Shown in pieces: positions 19,380 through 28,352 of a DNA stretch of 37,265 bases (the stretch's first letter is position 1; each line of letters begins with the position of its first letter). The translations under genes were made by a program, and so were the position numbers. This DNA comes from a virus (lineage: Duplodnaviria; Heunggongvirae; Uroviricota; Caudoviricetes). The notes beneath the pieces were generated by a model that worked only from the letters and a program-made list of their open reading frames with translations, had not been told where the DNA came from and made no database searches. The stretch lies in the IMG/VR virus record IMGVR_UViG_2731957842_000006. One strand, written 5' to 3'.

Positions 19380-20247
19380 TTGTCACCCCCATTGATATGC
19401 AGGGTGTCTTCTTCCTGTATTTTTCGTGAAGGATTTTTACTGCAGCGTTGTTCCAGGTGACCTGATGGTGAATGCGTTTATGGCTGGCACCCATCAGTGA
19501 GATTTTTACGCACGACGGCGCATACATGACGGAGTAAAAACTTTTAACGTAGGTTCCGGAGTCCAGATACAGCTCGGTCATTCCGCCGCTGTTTTTCTGC
19601 GTCTGTTTCTGCCCTAACTGGACAGCACCGATCGTCATAAACAATTCACCACAGCGACCAAGATTCGTATACGTATTCACATCCTCGTTAATGCGCCCCA
19701 TGAATGAGAACGGTCGATCAACGGAACAGATAAAACTGTTCATTGCCTTGCGTTTCACCCACGAAGCATGGCCGCCATTGTCACCAAGAAAATCTCCGCC
19801 CTGCGACATAGCGATGGAAAGCGCAGGTATTGATTCGTAGTACGCCAGCATTTCAGAAAGGATCGCATCCAGTTTTCTTATCGGGAAATAGGCCTGGTCA
19901 TAGTTGCGATCCACCCGAAACTGGAACTCGTGATAATCATCATCGAGCTGAATGAAGTATTTACACCCGACCAGTTTTGCCAGGTCGAAACAGGCATTAC
20001 GGGCGTAAAAAATTGATCGGCGGTCACCGAAATTATCGGCTTCGTCAAAACGACTGGCGATATCGGCTTTGGAAAACACCAGCACCTGTTCACTAAATTC
20101 AGCTATGTAGTGATGCCGTGTATTATCTTCATCATCAACAACGATAAAAATTTTCCCGGTATAGCCAGCACGACGCAACGTCCGGTAAGTCAGAACTTTG
20201 TCCGGTCGCCCGTGAGTCAGAATAAAGGCGCAAAAATCATCACGCAT
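19315..20247 (-). CDS. hypothetical protein (about 310 aa) with DxD-like acidic motifs (IVVDDED, QLDDDYHEF); possible nucleotide-sugar-binding fold
   Basis: Start at 20247 preceded by GGAGGAGGAGGA, which doubles as the Glu-run at the end of the ParB-like gene; function is inference only. Confidence 0.45.
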   Translation of the reverse strand: MRDDFCAFILTHGRPDKVLTYRTLRRAGYTGKIFIVVDDEDNTRHHYIAEFSEQVLVFSKADIASRFDEADNFGDRRSIFYARNACFDLAKLVGCKYFIQLDDDYHEFQFRVDRNYDQAYFPIRKLDAILSEMLAYYESIPALSIAMSQGGDFLGDNGGHASWVKRKAMNSFICSVDRPFSFMGRINEDVNTYTNLGRCGELFMTIGAVQLGQKQTQKNSGGMTELYLDSGTYVKSFYSVMYAPSCVKISLMGASHKRIHHQVTWNNAAVKILHEKYRKKTPCISMGVTNDSVFESRVSGSVPDDCTTNR

Positions 20248-21031
20248 ATTCCTCCTCCTCCCCGCCATGCATGATCTCCACCATACGCTGCGTCATCCGG
20301 ACAAATCCATTTTCAATAGCCTGCTGATAATCAATGATCACCAGCGCCGATTCCTCGAAAAAGCACTGAATTTCAGCGGGGGCGTGAGCGTAATAGTCCG
20401 CAATTCTGCTGAAATTAAACACCGTATGACGTTCTGCCGCACACAGGAGGAATTTCTCAATATCAGGATCAAGGGACGCCGAACGTATCCGGCTGATCAA
20501 CTCCTGAGTTTTCGTATCGTCGTACAGTTCACTGATATCTGGTTTATCGCCCGACGGCTCATAAACAGGCGTATCAATTTTCGTCGTGTACGGTTCCTCC
20601 TCATTTCCTGTACCGGGCAAAACATCCGTCAACAGTTCATCAATTTCTGTCGGGCTGAATCCTGTCAGGGAGATATCAAAATCAGCATTGATTAGGTCCG
20701 ACAGCTCCATCCGTAACAGATCTTCATCCCAGCCAGCATTCATCGGCAGGCGATTATCTGCCAGGCGGTACGCCTTTTTCTGATCATCCGTCAGACCAGA
20801 CAGAACAATAACCGGAACCGAATCCATTTTGAGCGCCTCAGCCGCCATAACGCGACCGTGACCAGCAATAATTTCGCCCTTTTCATCAATCAGCACTGGA
20901 TTAGTCCAGCCGAATTGCTTAATGCTTTCTACCAGTTGTGCCACCTGCTCAGGGCTGTGTGTCCTGGCATTGTGTGCATACGGAGACAGTTCTTGTAACG
21001 GGCGATAGACGATCTTCAATTTCTCGCTCAT
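20240..21031 (-). CDS. ParB-like nuclease-domain protein (263 aa)
   Basis: N-terminal ParB/Srx-like segment (LSPYAHNARTHSPEQVAQLVESIKQFGWTNPVLIDEKGEIIAGHGRVMAA); GAGG Shine-Dalgarno. Confidence 0.7.
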   Translation of the reverse strand: MSEKLKIVYRPLQELSPYAHNARTHSPEQVAQLVESIKQFGWTNPVLIDEKGEIIAGHGRVMAAEALKMDSVPVIVLSGLTDDQKKAYRLADNRLPMNAGWDEDLLRMELSDLINADFDISLTGFSPTEIDELLTDVLPGTGNEEEPYTTKIDTPVYEPSGDKPDISELYDDTKTQELISRIRSASLDPDIEKFLLCAAERHTVFNFSRIADYYAHAPAEIQCFFEESALVIIDYQQAIENGFVRMTQRMVEIMHGGEEEEYA

Positions 21032-21435
21032 ACAGCCTCGCTTTATGAATAAAAAAGCCCGCTATCGGCCAGTACGCTGGGTGCGCGGCGGGTGCCGATG
21101 ACGAGCTTTGGCATTATCGCAACCCCTCACCATGAAGGGCTGCTGTAATGCCTGTTACTCACGAATCAAACGAGCATGCTGACCACTCATTTCAATGCGT
21201 AAGTATTGTGGCTTGCCGTCAATCAACGCGGTGATTAACTTGTCACCTGTAGGTTTCCACATAATTTTCTCCTGTTTTAATGCCCCTTGCCGCCAGGCAG
21301 TTGATCAAAGTTCATCTTGATTCGGCAAGATTTAGAATGAATAAGATAAAATTGGCACACGCAGCAGAATTTCATGCTTTCCGGACGCTGGCGCACCCTT
21401 CATTTTTCAGCAAAATATTCTGCTATTACAGGCGA

Positions 21436-21617
21436 TCAGTTCTGCATACACTGCCGAACACCATCAATAAGCTGACAGACCTGAGACGCGGTATCGAAAA
21501 GCTGGCGCGCCTTATCCAGGCTAACGCATCCCACCAATAAAAAAGGCACCAGTATCGCTACCAGTGCCCATTTCGCCGCTGTTCGCGGCGTTCTGTGTGT
21601 CCAGTGTTTTCTGCTCA
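21436..21617 (-). CDS. small lipoprotein (60 aa), o-spanin-like position after the endolysin
   Basis: Start at internal ATG 21617; signal-peptide-like N-terminus with lipobox LVGC (MSRKHWTHRTPRTAAKWALVAILVPFLLVGC); no cognate i-spanin ORF seen. Confidence 0.4.
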
Positions 21618-21632
21618 TAACACACCTGGTTA

Positions 21633-22016
21633 TCAGCGTTTCAACTGAAAGTGAGGTCCGTCTTTCAGTGTTTTCCAGTCCCCGCCCCATTCGATGGCAG
21701 TTCCCAGCTCTGCGGCAGCCTGCTTAAATGCCTGCGCGATTTTCTCGTACAGAGGCCAGTCCCATGACACCTGGCTACCAATGTAGGCAACAACATCCAC
21801 CGCATCACCTGTCAGGTGGCGGCTGTTCATGGTCTGGCTCTTGCCTTCTGCAACCAGCTGTTTCTGGCGATACTTACTGCGCAGGCCTTCCGTAATACCG
21901 AAATCAACCTCCGTCAGCTCCAGCGCACGGCGAACGACAGCAACCAGCTGTGGTTTGACGCCCTCCAGATTTTTTTCACTGCGACGGCTGAATCTGAATT
22001 TACCCGACATATTCAC
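21633..22016 (-). CDS. endolysin, peptidase M15-like (L-alanyl-D-glutamate peptidase type)
   Basis: 127-aa ORF with SRHLTGDAVDV and DGPHFQL motifs; last gene of a holin-membrane protein-endolysin arrangement. Confidence 0.7.
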   Translation of the reverse strand: MNMSGKFRFSRRSEKNLEGVKPQLVAVVRRALELTEVDFGITEGLRSKYRQKQLVAEGKSQTMNSRHLTGDAVDVVAYIGSQVSWDWPLYEKIAQAFKQAAAELGTAIEWGGDWKTLKDGPHFQLKR

Positions 22017-22288
22017 CTCAACAATGGAAAGATTTTTGTGACGTTCCCGCGTGCGCGTATTACCAGCACACAGAACAACAGATTAAAAAACACTTCCAGC
22101 CAGCCCATTGCTAACGGACGACCACACAGATAGCTGAGTGGCGCAAAGGCATAAAGCAGCATCAACAGCCAGGCCAGCCATGACATCAGCGGTTTATGTC
22201 TGGAATCACGACGACGGTAAAAAAAGAGCGTCAGTACGATAACCGTGCATAACGCCACATTCAGCAATCCGGGAAGGTTACCTGACAT
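22013..22288 (-). CDS. small membrane protein in the lysis cassette (about 91 aa)
   Basis: Start MSGNLPG with GGAGGAGG Shine-Dalgarno; two or three hydrophobic helices; coupled to the endolysin start. Confidence 0.4.
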   Translation of the reverse strand: MSGNLPGLLNVALCTVIVLTLFFYRRRDSRHKPLMSWLAWLLMLLYAFAPLSYLCGRPLAMGWLEVFFNLLFCVLVIRARGNVTKIFPLLR

Positions 22289-22672
22289 TGCCGCCTCCTC
22301 CATCCCGCAGGCGGGAGAACAGGCCGGATACCAGTGATGCAATATCCTGCTGGTGGATGAACGACAGAATCTTCACCGAAATCACCGATACCAGTACCGC
22401 GCAAAGCGCGTCGAGAGATGTGCTGTGTAGCCCCAGTTTTTCGACCAGATAAGACGCCATGACATCCGCCCCCAGCACGCCAACGATAAACGACACCAGA
22501 AAATGCGCCGCCACACGCCAGACAGAAATCTGCTGGGGTATCGTCGCCACAAACAACGCCCCGGCGAATGCACCAAACACAATCCCGAAATCCGTTCCGG
22601 TAAACAGTCCAAATACCGTCGCCCCACCGAGCGCCGCAGCCGTACCGGAACCGGATAAGGGTTCAGACATGC
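22278..22672 (-). CDS. putative holin (about 131 aa)
   Basis: Start MSEPLSG at 22672 with GGAGG Shine-Dalgarno; multiple Gly-rich transmembrane segments; first gene of the lysis cassette. Confidence 0.55.
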
Positions 22673-22689
22673 TTTTTCCTCCCACAAAT

Positions 22690-22718
22690 AAAAAAGGGCC
22701 GCCAGCGGCCCGTAAAAA
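22690..22718 (-). terminator. terminator-like hairpin (GGGCCG-CCAG-CGGCCC followed by T6 on the minus strand) just upstream of the holin
   Basis: GC stem with U-tract about 20 nt upstream of the holin start. Confidence 0.35.
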
Positions 22719-22794
22719 CACCCTGTCAAAGGCACCCGCAGATGCCTTTTGTGTGGTGTTATCTGATGTGATGTGCGCCGGGCGTGGCGCGGAT

Positions 22795-22860
22795 ATGAAA
22801 AAGGCCCGCCGGAGCGAGCCATAAAAAACTGAATAAAAAAAACCGCCAGGTGCGGCGGTT
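22795..22860 (-). repeat. copy A of a roughly 66-bp direct repeat carrying tandem hairpins and U-tracts (terminator 22831-22860)
   Basis: Near-identical to 23475-23537; minus strand AACCGCC-GCACCT-GGCGGTT followed by T9. Confidence 0.6.
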
Positions 22861-23112
22861 AAGGATGTATTTCCGGGCTTGGCTTAGTATATGACCAATC
22901 ACAGTTTTGTTTTTGTCGATGTTTACAACATCAGAATAATGCATTTAAAGTAGTAAAAATATTTGCTAATAATGCATTATTCCGATGGTGTAAAAAATGG
23001 CACTGGAACCGCAACGAATATCACTCATTACAGAACAGGGGGCGCAAGGAACCATAAAAAACACCCTACATATATTATGTCAGTGCCTAACACAATCTCG
23101 CCTTAGTTACTG

Positions 23113-23187
<75 letters not shown>

Positions 23188-23474
23188 ATACTGTGCTGGC
23201 CCCCGGAATAACACGAATTACCAAGAGAGCCCGCACTGGTCTTTCCGGTGGCAAACAGCACCCCTGCTAACATAAAAGATAAACACCTTCCAGACGCAAA
23301 AATACTAACAACTGTTTTTCAGATATCCAAAATATATTTGGTTTTTATTTTTGAAAATATGTATACATATGTATCATAAATATACAAGCCATATCATAAC
23401 CGAATTAAAAATCTTTAGTTATCTCTTTTGCCGTCTGATCACCACCCACCGGCAGCTGAGAATTCCGGCACACA

Positions 23475-23537
23475 ATGAAAAAGGCCCGCCAGGGCGAGCC
23501 ATAAAAACTGAATAAAAAAACCGCCCGGGGCGGCGGC
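23475..23537 (-). repeat. copy B of the roughly 66-bp repeat with terminator hairpin (CCGCC-CGG-GGCGG plus T-run, 23512-23536)
   Basis: Direct repeat of 22795-22860 at high identity; located downstream of the tRNA-like pseudogene. Confidence 0.6.
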
Positions 23538-23902
23538 TAAAACGATAAAAGGACACAATATTATAATGATTATTGGGTTTGGGGCATCGGGTGCCTCCCG
23601 AAGTATTCCACTTTACGTGGATACTGTGGTTTCCCGCTAAACCGACTCTATAAACCACCCTCGCACTGAGGAACGCCCCAATTCATGTTTTCCGACACAG
23701 AGATGGCGCATCACTGGTTACTCCACGCTAAATCCTGCTTCCTTTCGTGGGCAATGCGCCATTTCTGTGTCATAAAAAATACAGCACTGAGTCTGTAACC
23801 GATCTCCATTACAGAATGAGGGACGATAAAGGTATTAAAGAGATCTGTTCCTCACGAAAACCGCCAGTGCTGTAAAAACTTGTCCAAAAAACAATGAAGT
23901 TG

Positions 23903-23976
23903 CGGAGAACAGGAATCGAACCGGCATTACCAACCTAAGGCTGATGTAATAACCACTATACGATACCTGCATATAG
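23903..23976 (-). pseudogene. degenerate tRNA-Gly-like sequence (acceptor and anticodon stems do not pair)
   Basis: Shares D-arm and T-loop (GGTTCGATTCC) with the tRNA at 23113-23187 but the anticodon arm is rearranged and acceptor halves are not complementary. Confidence 0.3.
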
Positions 23977-24491
23977 AGCAGGCCTCCGTAACCACAATAA
24001 TGACACTGATACCGATAACAGCCCTTCATTATGATTAAACGGATGCCAGCAATGACCCGCAAGACAGCGGGTAACACCCCTGTGAACAGAAACTTGCTGC
24101 CTTTCGGGTCGAGAGTAATATTACCGATAATTTATATGACATCAAAAACTAATTAGTTTTCATATTTAAACATATGTATAAATATGTATCAGACGCATAC
24201 AATTTATGTTATTTCATCCAGACTTCTGATTTCTCACAGGAAATTGCGAAAAAAAACAACATAAAAATGAACAAATTGGGAGTACGCTAACTCCGTTGTC
24301 GCAATAAATCACAGTAAGCTCTTCAGAAATAACAGTTCACAAGACTTACATCAACAGTAGTTTTTGTAATGATTAATGTTAACTGTAGCGTTGAAAAGAA
24401 AAGTTTTGACGAAATATGGTGAACTAACAGAGCCTAACGAATAGCCCTATTACGCCGAGCTAATAGCGCTGCCAGCTAAACTTGCATGGAA

Positions 24492-24568
24492 TGGTCCGCC
24501 ACCGAGGACTCGAACCTCGCACAATCAACTTAGAAGGTTGATGCTCTATCCCGATGAGCTAGTGGCGG
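24492..24568 (-). tRNA. tRNA-Arg (anticodon UCU, reads AGA)
   Basis: Hand-folded 77-nt cloverleaf: acceptor CCGCCAC/GTGGCGG, anticodon arm TCAAC-CTTCTAA-GTTGA, T-arm CGAGG-TTCGAGT-CCTCG, encoded CCA. Confidence 0.85.
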
Positions 24569-24570
24569 AA

Positions 24571-24646
24571 TGGTGGCCCTTGCTGGATTTGAACCAGCGA
24601 CCTGGCGATTATGAGTCGCTCGCTCTCACCACTGAGCTAAAGGGCC
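24571..24646 (-). tRNA. tRNA with CAU anticodon, Ile2 (lysidine-type, reads AUA)-like; could alternatively be Met
   Basis: 76-nt cloverleaf GGCCCTT ... anticodon loop CTCATAA ... T-arm GCTGG-TTCAAAT-CCAGC ... AAGGGCC-A-CCA; resembles ileX-type tRNAs; 2 nt from the tRNA-Arg. Confidence 0.8.
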
Positions 24647-24786
24647 GATTGAAAAATATTGACTGAATCAGTTTAGCGCTGTAATCCACCCAACACAACC
24701 GTTTAAATCTTGTATGTCAGCTACAATCAAGTAAAAATATCTGAACAACAAGCAGAAAAGTCTATATCCCGGTTACTCATAATGTT

Positions 24787-25500
24787 TTAGCGCACTTTGA
24801 CTATATTAATTTCAAATTCATCTGTATGTGCGCTATTAAGTATAACGAAATTCGTACTACCGTGCCTGTACGATTTTGATAAAACCAAGCGATCACCATA
24901 GCGAGCAAGAACGTAATACCAAACGCTCTCATAGTGAAGTGTCTGATACTCCTTCTTAAACTGAGGTTTGTACCATCCAGCAATAAGCGAAAACAACCAG
25001 AAATAGAGCATGAATCCGGCCATAACACACTCAATCTTGTGATGCCGAATAAAAGACACTTCAGAAATACATTTAACGTAAATAAACTTCCTGCCCGTTC
25101 TGACGAACATGGTAATTATTAATGCCACAATAGCGCATAAAACCAATGCATCTGGTACAAAGTGCTGATGAATTACCGAAAACTCCAGAGCCGGAGGAAC
25201 AAAAAGCAACAATATCGCAAGAAAAAGCCTGACAGCACTCAAATCCTTCATATTATTTTTTTGTTTGATCCCCAGAAAGAAGACAATACCGATCCCCCAT
25301 CCAGCCAAGAATATAACGATAACTGTGACAGCATAAAACAGGCTTCTGGCCACATCATCAACACCGGCCCCGACAACCCACCATGGAAAGCCATAGTAAA
25401 AGGAAGTACCCCAGCCATAGAAATAAGCACTTCCCCACCCAAGACACCCCATGTAAGCAACAAAAAGTGAAGAATTCCTGAGCAGAGTACTGTCACTCAT
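24787..25500 (-). CDS. AT-rich polytopic membrane protein (about 237 aa), cargo gene
   Basis: Several hydrophobic helices, W/Y/F-rich; roughly 40 percent GC by eye; start MSDSTLL at 25500 with AGAGG Shine-Dalgarno; AT-rich upstream region. Confidence 0.5.
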   Translation of the reverse strand: MSDSTLLRNSSLFVAYMGCLGWGSAYFYGWGTSFYYGFPWWVVGAGVDDVARSLFYAVTVIVIFLAGWGIGIVFFLGIKQKNNMKDLSAVRLFLAILLLFVPPALEFSVIHQHFVPDALVLCAIVALIITMFVRTGRKFIYVKCISEVSFIRHHKIECVMAGFMLYFWLFSLIAGWYKPQFKKEYQTLHYESVWYYVLARYGDRLVLSKSYRHGSTNFVILNSAHTDEFEINIVKVR

Positions 25501-25837
25501 AATCATCCTCTAACAACTTAACAACATTAACTCGCTTTACATAACAAAGAAAATTCCATGTAGTCAAGAGGGTTCAGGAAAGGAGAAACTAAAATTGCAT
25601 AGCCATCATAAAGTTTAACGTACCAACCTGCTTTTTCAGGTATAAAAAAACCAACCTCAAGGAAAGGCTGGCATAAGAAAAGTAAATAATGATTCCACTA
25701 AAACTTCGTCGCAGGAGGAATCCTGTGCCGCTTAACATACATAAAATTTAGACAACTAACAATCACAATATAAAATATTTAAGATTTCGTTATCAAAATA
25801 CCAGTCAGTAGAGCGCCAGCTCTCCCGTAGATGGTTA

Positions 25838-25870
25838 AACATAACAACAAAACCCGCTCAATGGCGGGTT
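25838..25870 (-). terminator. intrinsic terminator-like hairpin (AACCCGC-CATTGA-GCGGGTT plus T-rich tail on the minus strand)
   Basis: 7-bp stem followed by TTTTGTTGTT. Confidence 0.4.
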
Positions 25871-26118
25871 CTGGTGAAGTTCATGCGATTAATTCGCCAC
25901 GCGATACAGCTTTGCGAAGCGTATCGGAATTGAAGCAGTTTATGCGTAAGAAATCAAGCCATTTTTTGAGCAAATGATTCTCGCATGGGAATGTATAGCG
26001 CACACTCAGCAACAGCCAACCAATTAGCAATTCGCTTTGACCAGTTGTATATGCGCCATTGCTGTCTCCAATGGCGCTGTAGGTTGCCAGTTGTTCAGGC
26101 TGGCTTACGAATTATAAC

Positions 26119-26291
26119 TCATTCCCGAATCACCTTGAAACCGAGCCTTTCAAGATATTCAATGAATGCCTCGATAGATAAAATTACATGATTATCAGGG
26201 ATTAACGTTGCGTAGATAACTTCCCCATTCTCAACGCGCACAGCAAAGAGGCCATTTTCACTAAAAATTTCACGTAATTCTTCAATTTTCA
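26119..26291 (-). CDS. small hypothetical protein (about 57 aa, MKIEELREIFSENGLFAVRVENGEVIYATL...)
   Basis: Not in the ORF track (short); found by manual translation; GGAAGGA Shine-Dalgarno-like sequence upstream; exact ends uncertain by 1-2 nt. Confidence 0.3.
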
Positions 26292-26412
26292 TCAACAGAA
26301 TCCTTCCAGATAAATAGCACCCCCCTGTTCGGGGTCCATCCCTCTTCTCCCTGCGCGCTACTTAAGTATTTTTGATTCTATTCCGGCATCGTCCATAACT
26401 TCAAACGTATTG

Positions 26413-26444
26413 AAAATAAAAACAAAAACCCGCCGAAGCGGGTT
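26413..26444 (-). terminator. intrinsic terminator downstream of hok (AACCCGC-TTCG-GCGGGTT followed by TTTTTGTTTTT)
   Basis: Perfect 7-bp stem with U-tract about 70 nt after the hok stop. Confidence 0.45.
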
Positions 26445-26512
26445 AAGTGCGGGTGCGTTGAAGATGCCTGACACATCATAGGCGGCGAGGGATTTCTCCC
26501 TCGCCTGGTCTC

Positions 26513-26668
26513 TTACTCCTCAGGTTCGTAAGCTGTGAAGACAGCGACCTCCGTCTGGCCGGTTCGGATTCGTACCTCGCAGAGGTCTTTCCTCGTTACC
26601 AGTGCCGTCACTATGACGGTTAAACAGATGACGATCAGGGCGATTAACATCGCCTTTTGCTGCTTCAT
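26513..26668 (-). CDS. hok: Hok/Gef-family type I toxin (51 aa)
   Basis: MKQQKAMLIALIVICLTVIVTALVTRKDLCEVRIRTGQTEVAVFTAYEPEE: single transmembrane helix plus conserved C-terminal Hok motif; long leader with hairpins; track ORF 26513..26725 is an in-frame extension. Confidence 0.8.
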   Translation of the reverse strand: MKQQKAMLIALIVICLTVIVTALVTRKDLCEVRIRTGQTEVAVFTAYEPEE

Positions 26669-26878
26669 AGCCTGCTTCTCCTTGCCTTTCGGCACGTAAG
26701 AGGCTAACCTACATTTGTGAGACATAGATTGGGCCTCAGATTAATGTTAAGCGTCTTGCAGGACGCGTAATGTTAACTGGGGCTTTTCTCTATCTGCCTT
26801 TGGTGTTCATGCCCGAGGCAGATAGCCTCAAGCACCCGCAGCAATTCTACTTAACTCTCCTTTTCCCGCAAACCGTTT

Positions 26879-26962
26879 TTATCCCCAGCGGCAAATCGAA
26901 TACACCACCAGCGCCACCGCCATCGCAATTCCTACCGTGGTGAATGCCTCAGGCCGGGTCAT
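26879..26962 (-). CDS. small hydrophobic peptide (27 aa, MTRPEAFTTVGIAMAVALVVYSICRWG)
   Basis: AGGAGG Shine-Dalgarno 6 nt upstream; ATG overlaps the upstream stop (ATGA); not in the ORF track. Confidence 0.3.
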   Translation of the reverse strand: MTRPEAFTTVGIAMAVALVVYSICRWG

Positions 26963-27663
26963 TGATTCACCTCCTGCGGCGGTTCTGGTAGCGGCATCCA
27001 GTGAGTTGAGCTCTCTACTTCGACGCCGTCTTTGTCTACAAAAGCCATCTTATTCCCGCCACGAGTGGGGCAAAAAACCTTATCCCAGGAACCGGGGAAT
27101 ACATTCCCGAGATCATCGAGAAGAATCACATCGCAATATTCAGCAGGAACTGCATCACTACAGCTTATCCAGCCAGCCGGAGTTCCCGGAGAGCTGGTTG
27201 ACGTTTCCGAGATTTCCCGAAAATTGTTGGTTGACGAATTCTTACTTTCCCGAAAGTTTTCGGCCTGAAGCATGGCGACACGGCAGGCGTTCCAGCCATC
27301 AGCATATGTTTCAGTTACACCGTCGAGATGGCAGGTAAGCAAATCCATTTCATCAGGCACTACCATCGCTGGCGGCGCTGCGTAAAGCGGTGTTATTTCT
27401 GCCCGAAAATCACCTACTTTATGCAGTCGCACCCACCGTTCGATTTCTGCTTTGTCAGAATTCATAAGGGTGAACGTATTACATTCATGGTTAATTTGCG
27501 TGAAGGTTGCCTTCCACGCCACCGGCTCTGCTTCCAGTGATGCCAGTGCAATTTTGAATAACTCGCCCTCTACCTGCGCCATCCCTGAATTTGAGTGGCA
27601 TTTCGCAATCGCTATTTTTAATTTGGCTTCTTCGATTAATTGCTCTTTGGTTAATTCAGTCAT
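26959..27663 (-). CDS. hypothetical phage protein (234 aa)
   Basis: Complete ORF in the region between replication and late genes; no family assigned. Confidence 0.45.
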   Translation of the reverse strand: MTELTKEQLIEEAKLKIAIAKCHSNSGMAQVEGELFKIALASLEAEPVAWKATFTQINHECNTFTLMNSDKAEIERWVRLHKVGDFRAEITPLYAAPPAMVVPDEMDLLTCHLDGVTETYADGWNACRVAMLQAENFRESKNSSTNNFREISETSTSSPGTPAGWISCSDAVPAEYCDVILLDDLGNVFPGSWDKVFCPTRGGNKMAFVDKDGVEVESSTHWMPLPEPPQEVNQ

Positions 27664-27793
27664 TTTTCATTACCGCCCTTTCAGGCGGCCTCCTGATGTT
27701 CTGAGGGTGCAGAAATCCCTCCGGTTAAGGATTTAATAAAATTCACTTCTGATTTAAATTTTCAGTATTTTGTTGTCAGGTGGTTTATCGCCT

Positions 27794-28105
27794 TTATGCT
27801 TCAGTCTTATTTCTCAGCCATACACAAACAGGACCATCTTCAGTGTCATGAATGGAACCAATGAACCAGCCTTCACCTTCCGGGCGCTCCGGTTTCCAAG
27901 AGGCAATATCGGGACCATCTGCGTCCAGATTAAAATCATCTTCATCCATAGTTCTGATGGTCCATTGAAGATTATTTTCCTCCATCCATGCGTTAAACTC
28001 TTCCGTTGAAATATGTTCTCTACCATCACAGAATTTTTCATATTCAGGATGCGTCCAGCAGCCATATTCATCACGTACTACTGGTATTTCTTTAATTTCA
28101 TTCAT
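27794..28105 (-). CDS. hypothetical phage protein (103 aa)
   Basis: GGGAGA Shine-Dalgarno before the ATG at 28105; acidic, Trp-rich. Confidence 0.45.
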   Translation of the reverse strand: MNEIKEIPVVRDEYGCWTHPEYEKFCDGREHISTEEFNAWMEENNLQWTIRTMDEDDFNLDADGPDIASWKPERPEGEGWFIGSIHDTEDGPVCVWLRNKTEA

Positions 28106-28352
28106 TTCTGTTCTCCCACGTTTTCAGACTTTCACCACAGAACGGACAAAATGAAACCCGCACTGGTAATTTAGAAAATTCACCGGAACGCAACATCACC
28201 AAATCATGGTCGCGAGTTAAATTCTCATTCCAGATTTTGTATATCAGCAGACCTTTTCGCGTCGTGTATTCAGCATCATGCTCAAGGGCTTTTGCCAGTA
28301 CCGCACATGGTTCTATCTGATTGCTATTAACCTGACATTTTGATTCGCTCAC
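28098..28352 (-). CDS. hypothetical protein (84 aa) with CPFCG motif, GTG start
   Basis: AGGAGGTGA Shine-Dalgarno upstream of the GTG at 28352; coupled to neighbouring ORFs. Confidence 0.4.
   Translation of the reverse strand: MSESKCQVNSNQIEPCAVLAKALEHDAEYTTRKGLLIYKIWNENLTRDHDLVMLRSGEFSKLPVRVSFCPFCGESLKTWENRNE

Noticed and set aside
21280-21540. Plus-strand 86-aa ORF between the lipoprotein gene and the 35-aa minus-strand ORF (21164..21271, MWKPTGDKLITALIDGKPQYLRIEMSGQHARLIRE)
   Set aside because: No Shine-Dalgarno before either candidate ATG and it overlaps the lipoprotein gene antisense; the 35-aa minus ORF has an AGGAGA Shine-Dalgarno but is too short to call, so neither is listed as a feature
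22382-22824. Overlapping ORFs 22382..22822 (minus) and 22459..22824 (plus) across the holin start and terminator region
   Set aside because: Arg/Pro-rich translations from GC-rich hairpin sequence; they overlap the better-supported holin frame
23419-24077. ORFs 23419..23658 and 23835..24077 in the tRNA-like module region
   Set aside because: They span terminator hairpins and tRNA-like sequence, lack Shine-Dalgarno sequences and read as low-complexity; region interpreted as RNA-coding or non-coding
24400-25506. Shiga-toxin or other toxin cargo immediately downstream of the Ile/Arg tRNAs, as in Stx phages
   Set aside because: No A/B toxin-like ORFs; the interval contains only tRNA-like modules and terminators before the holin, and the adjacent ORF is a polytopic membrane protein
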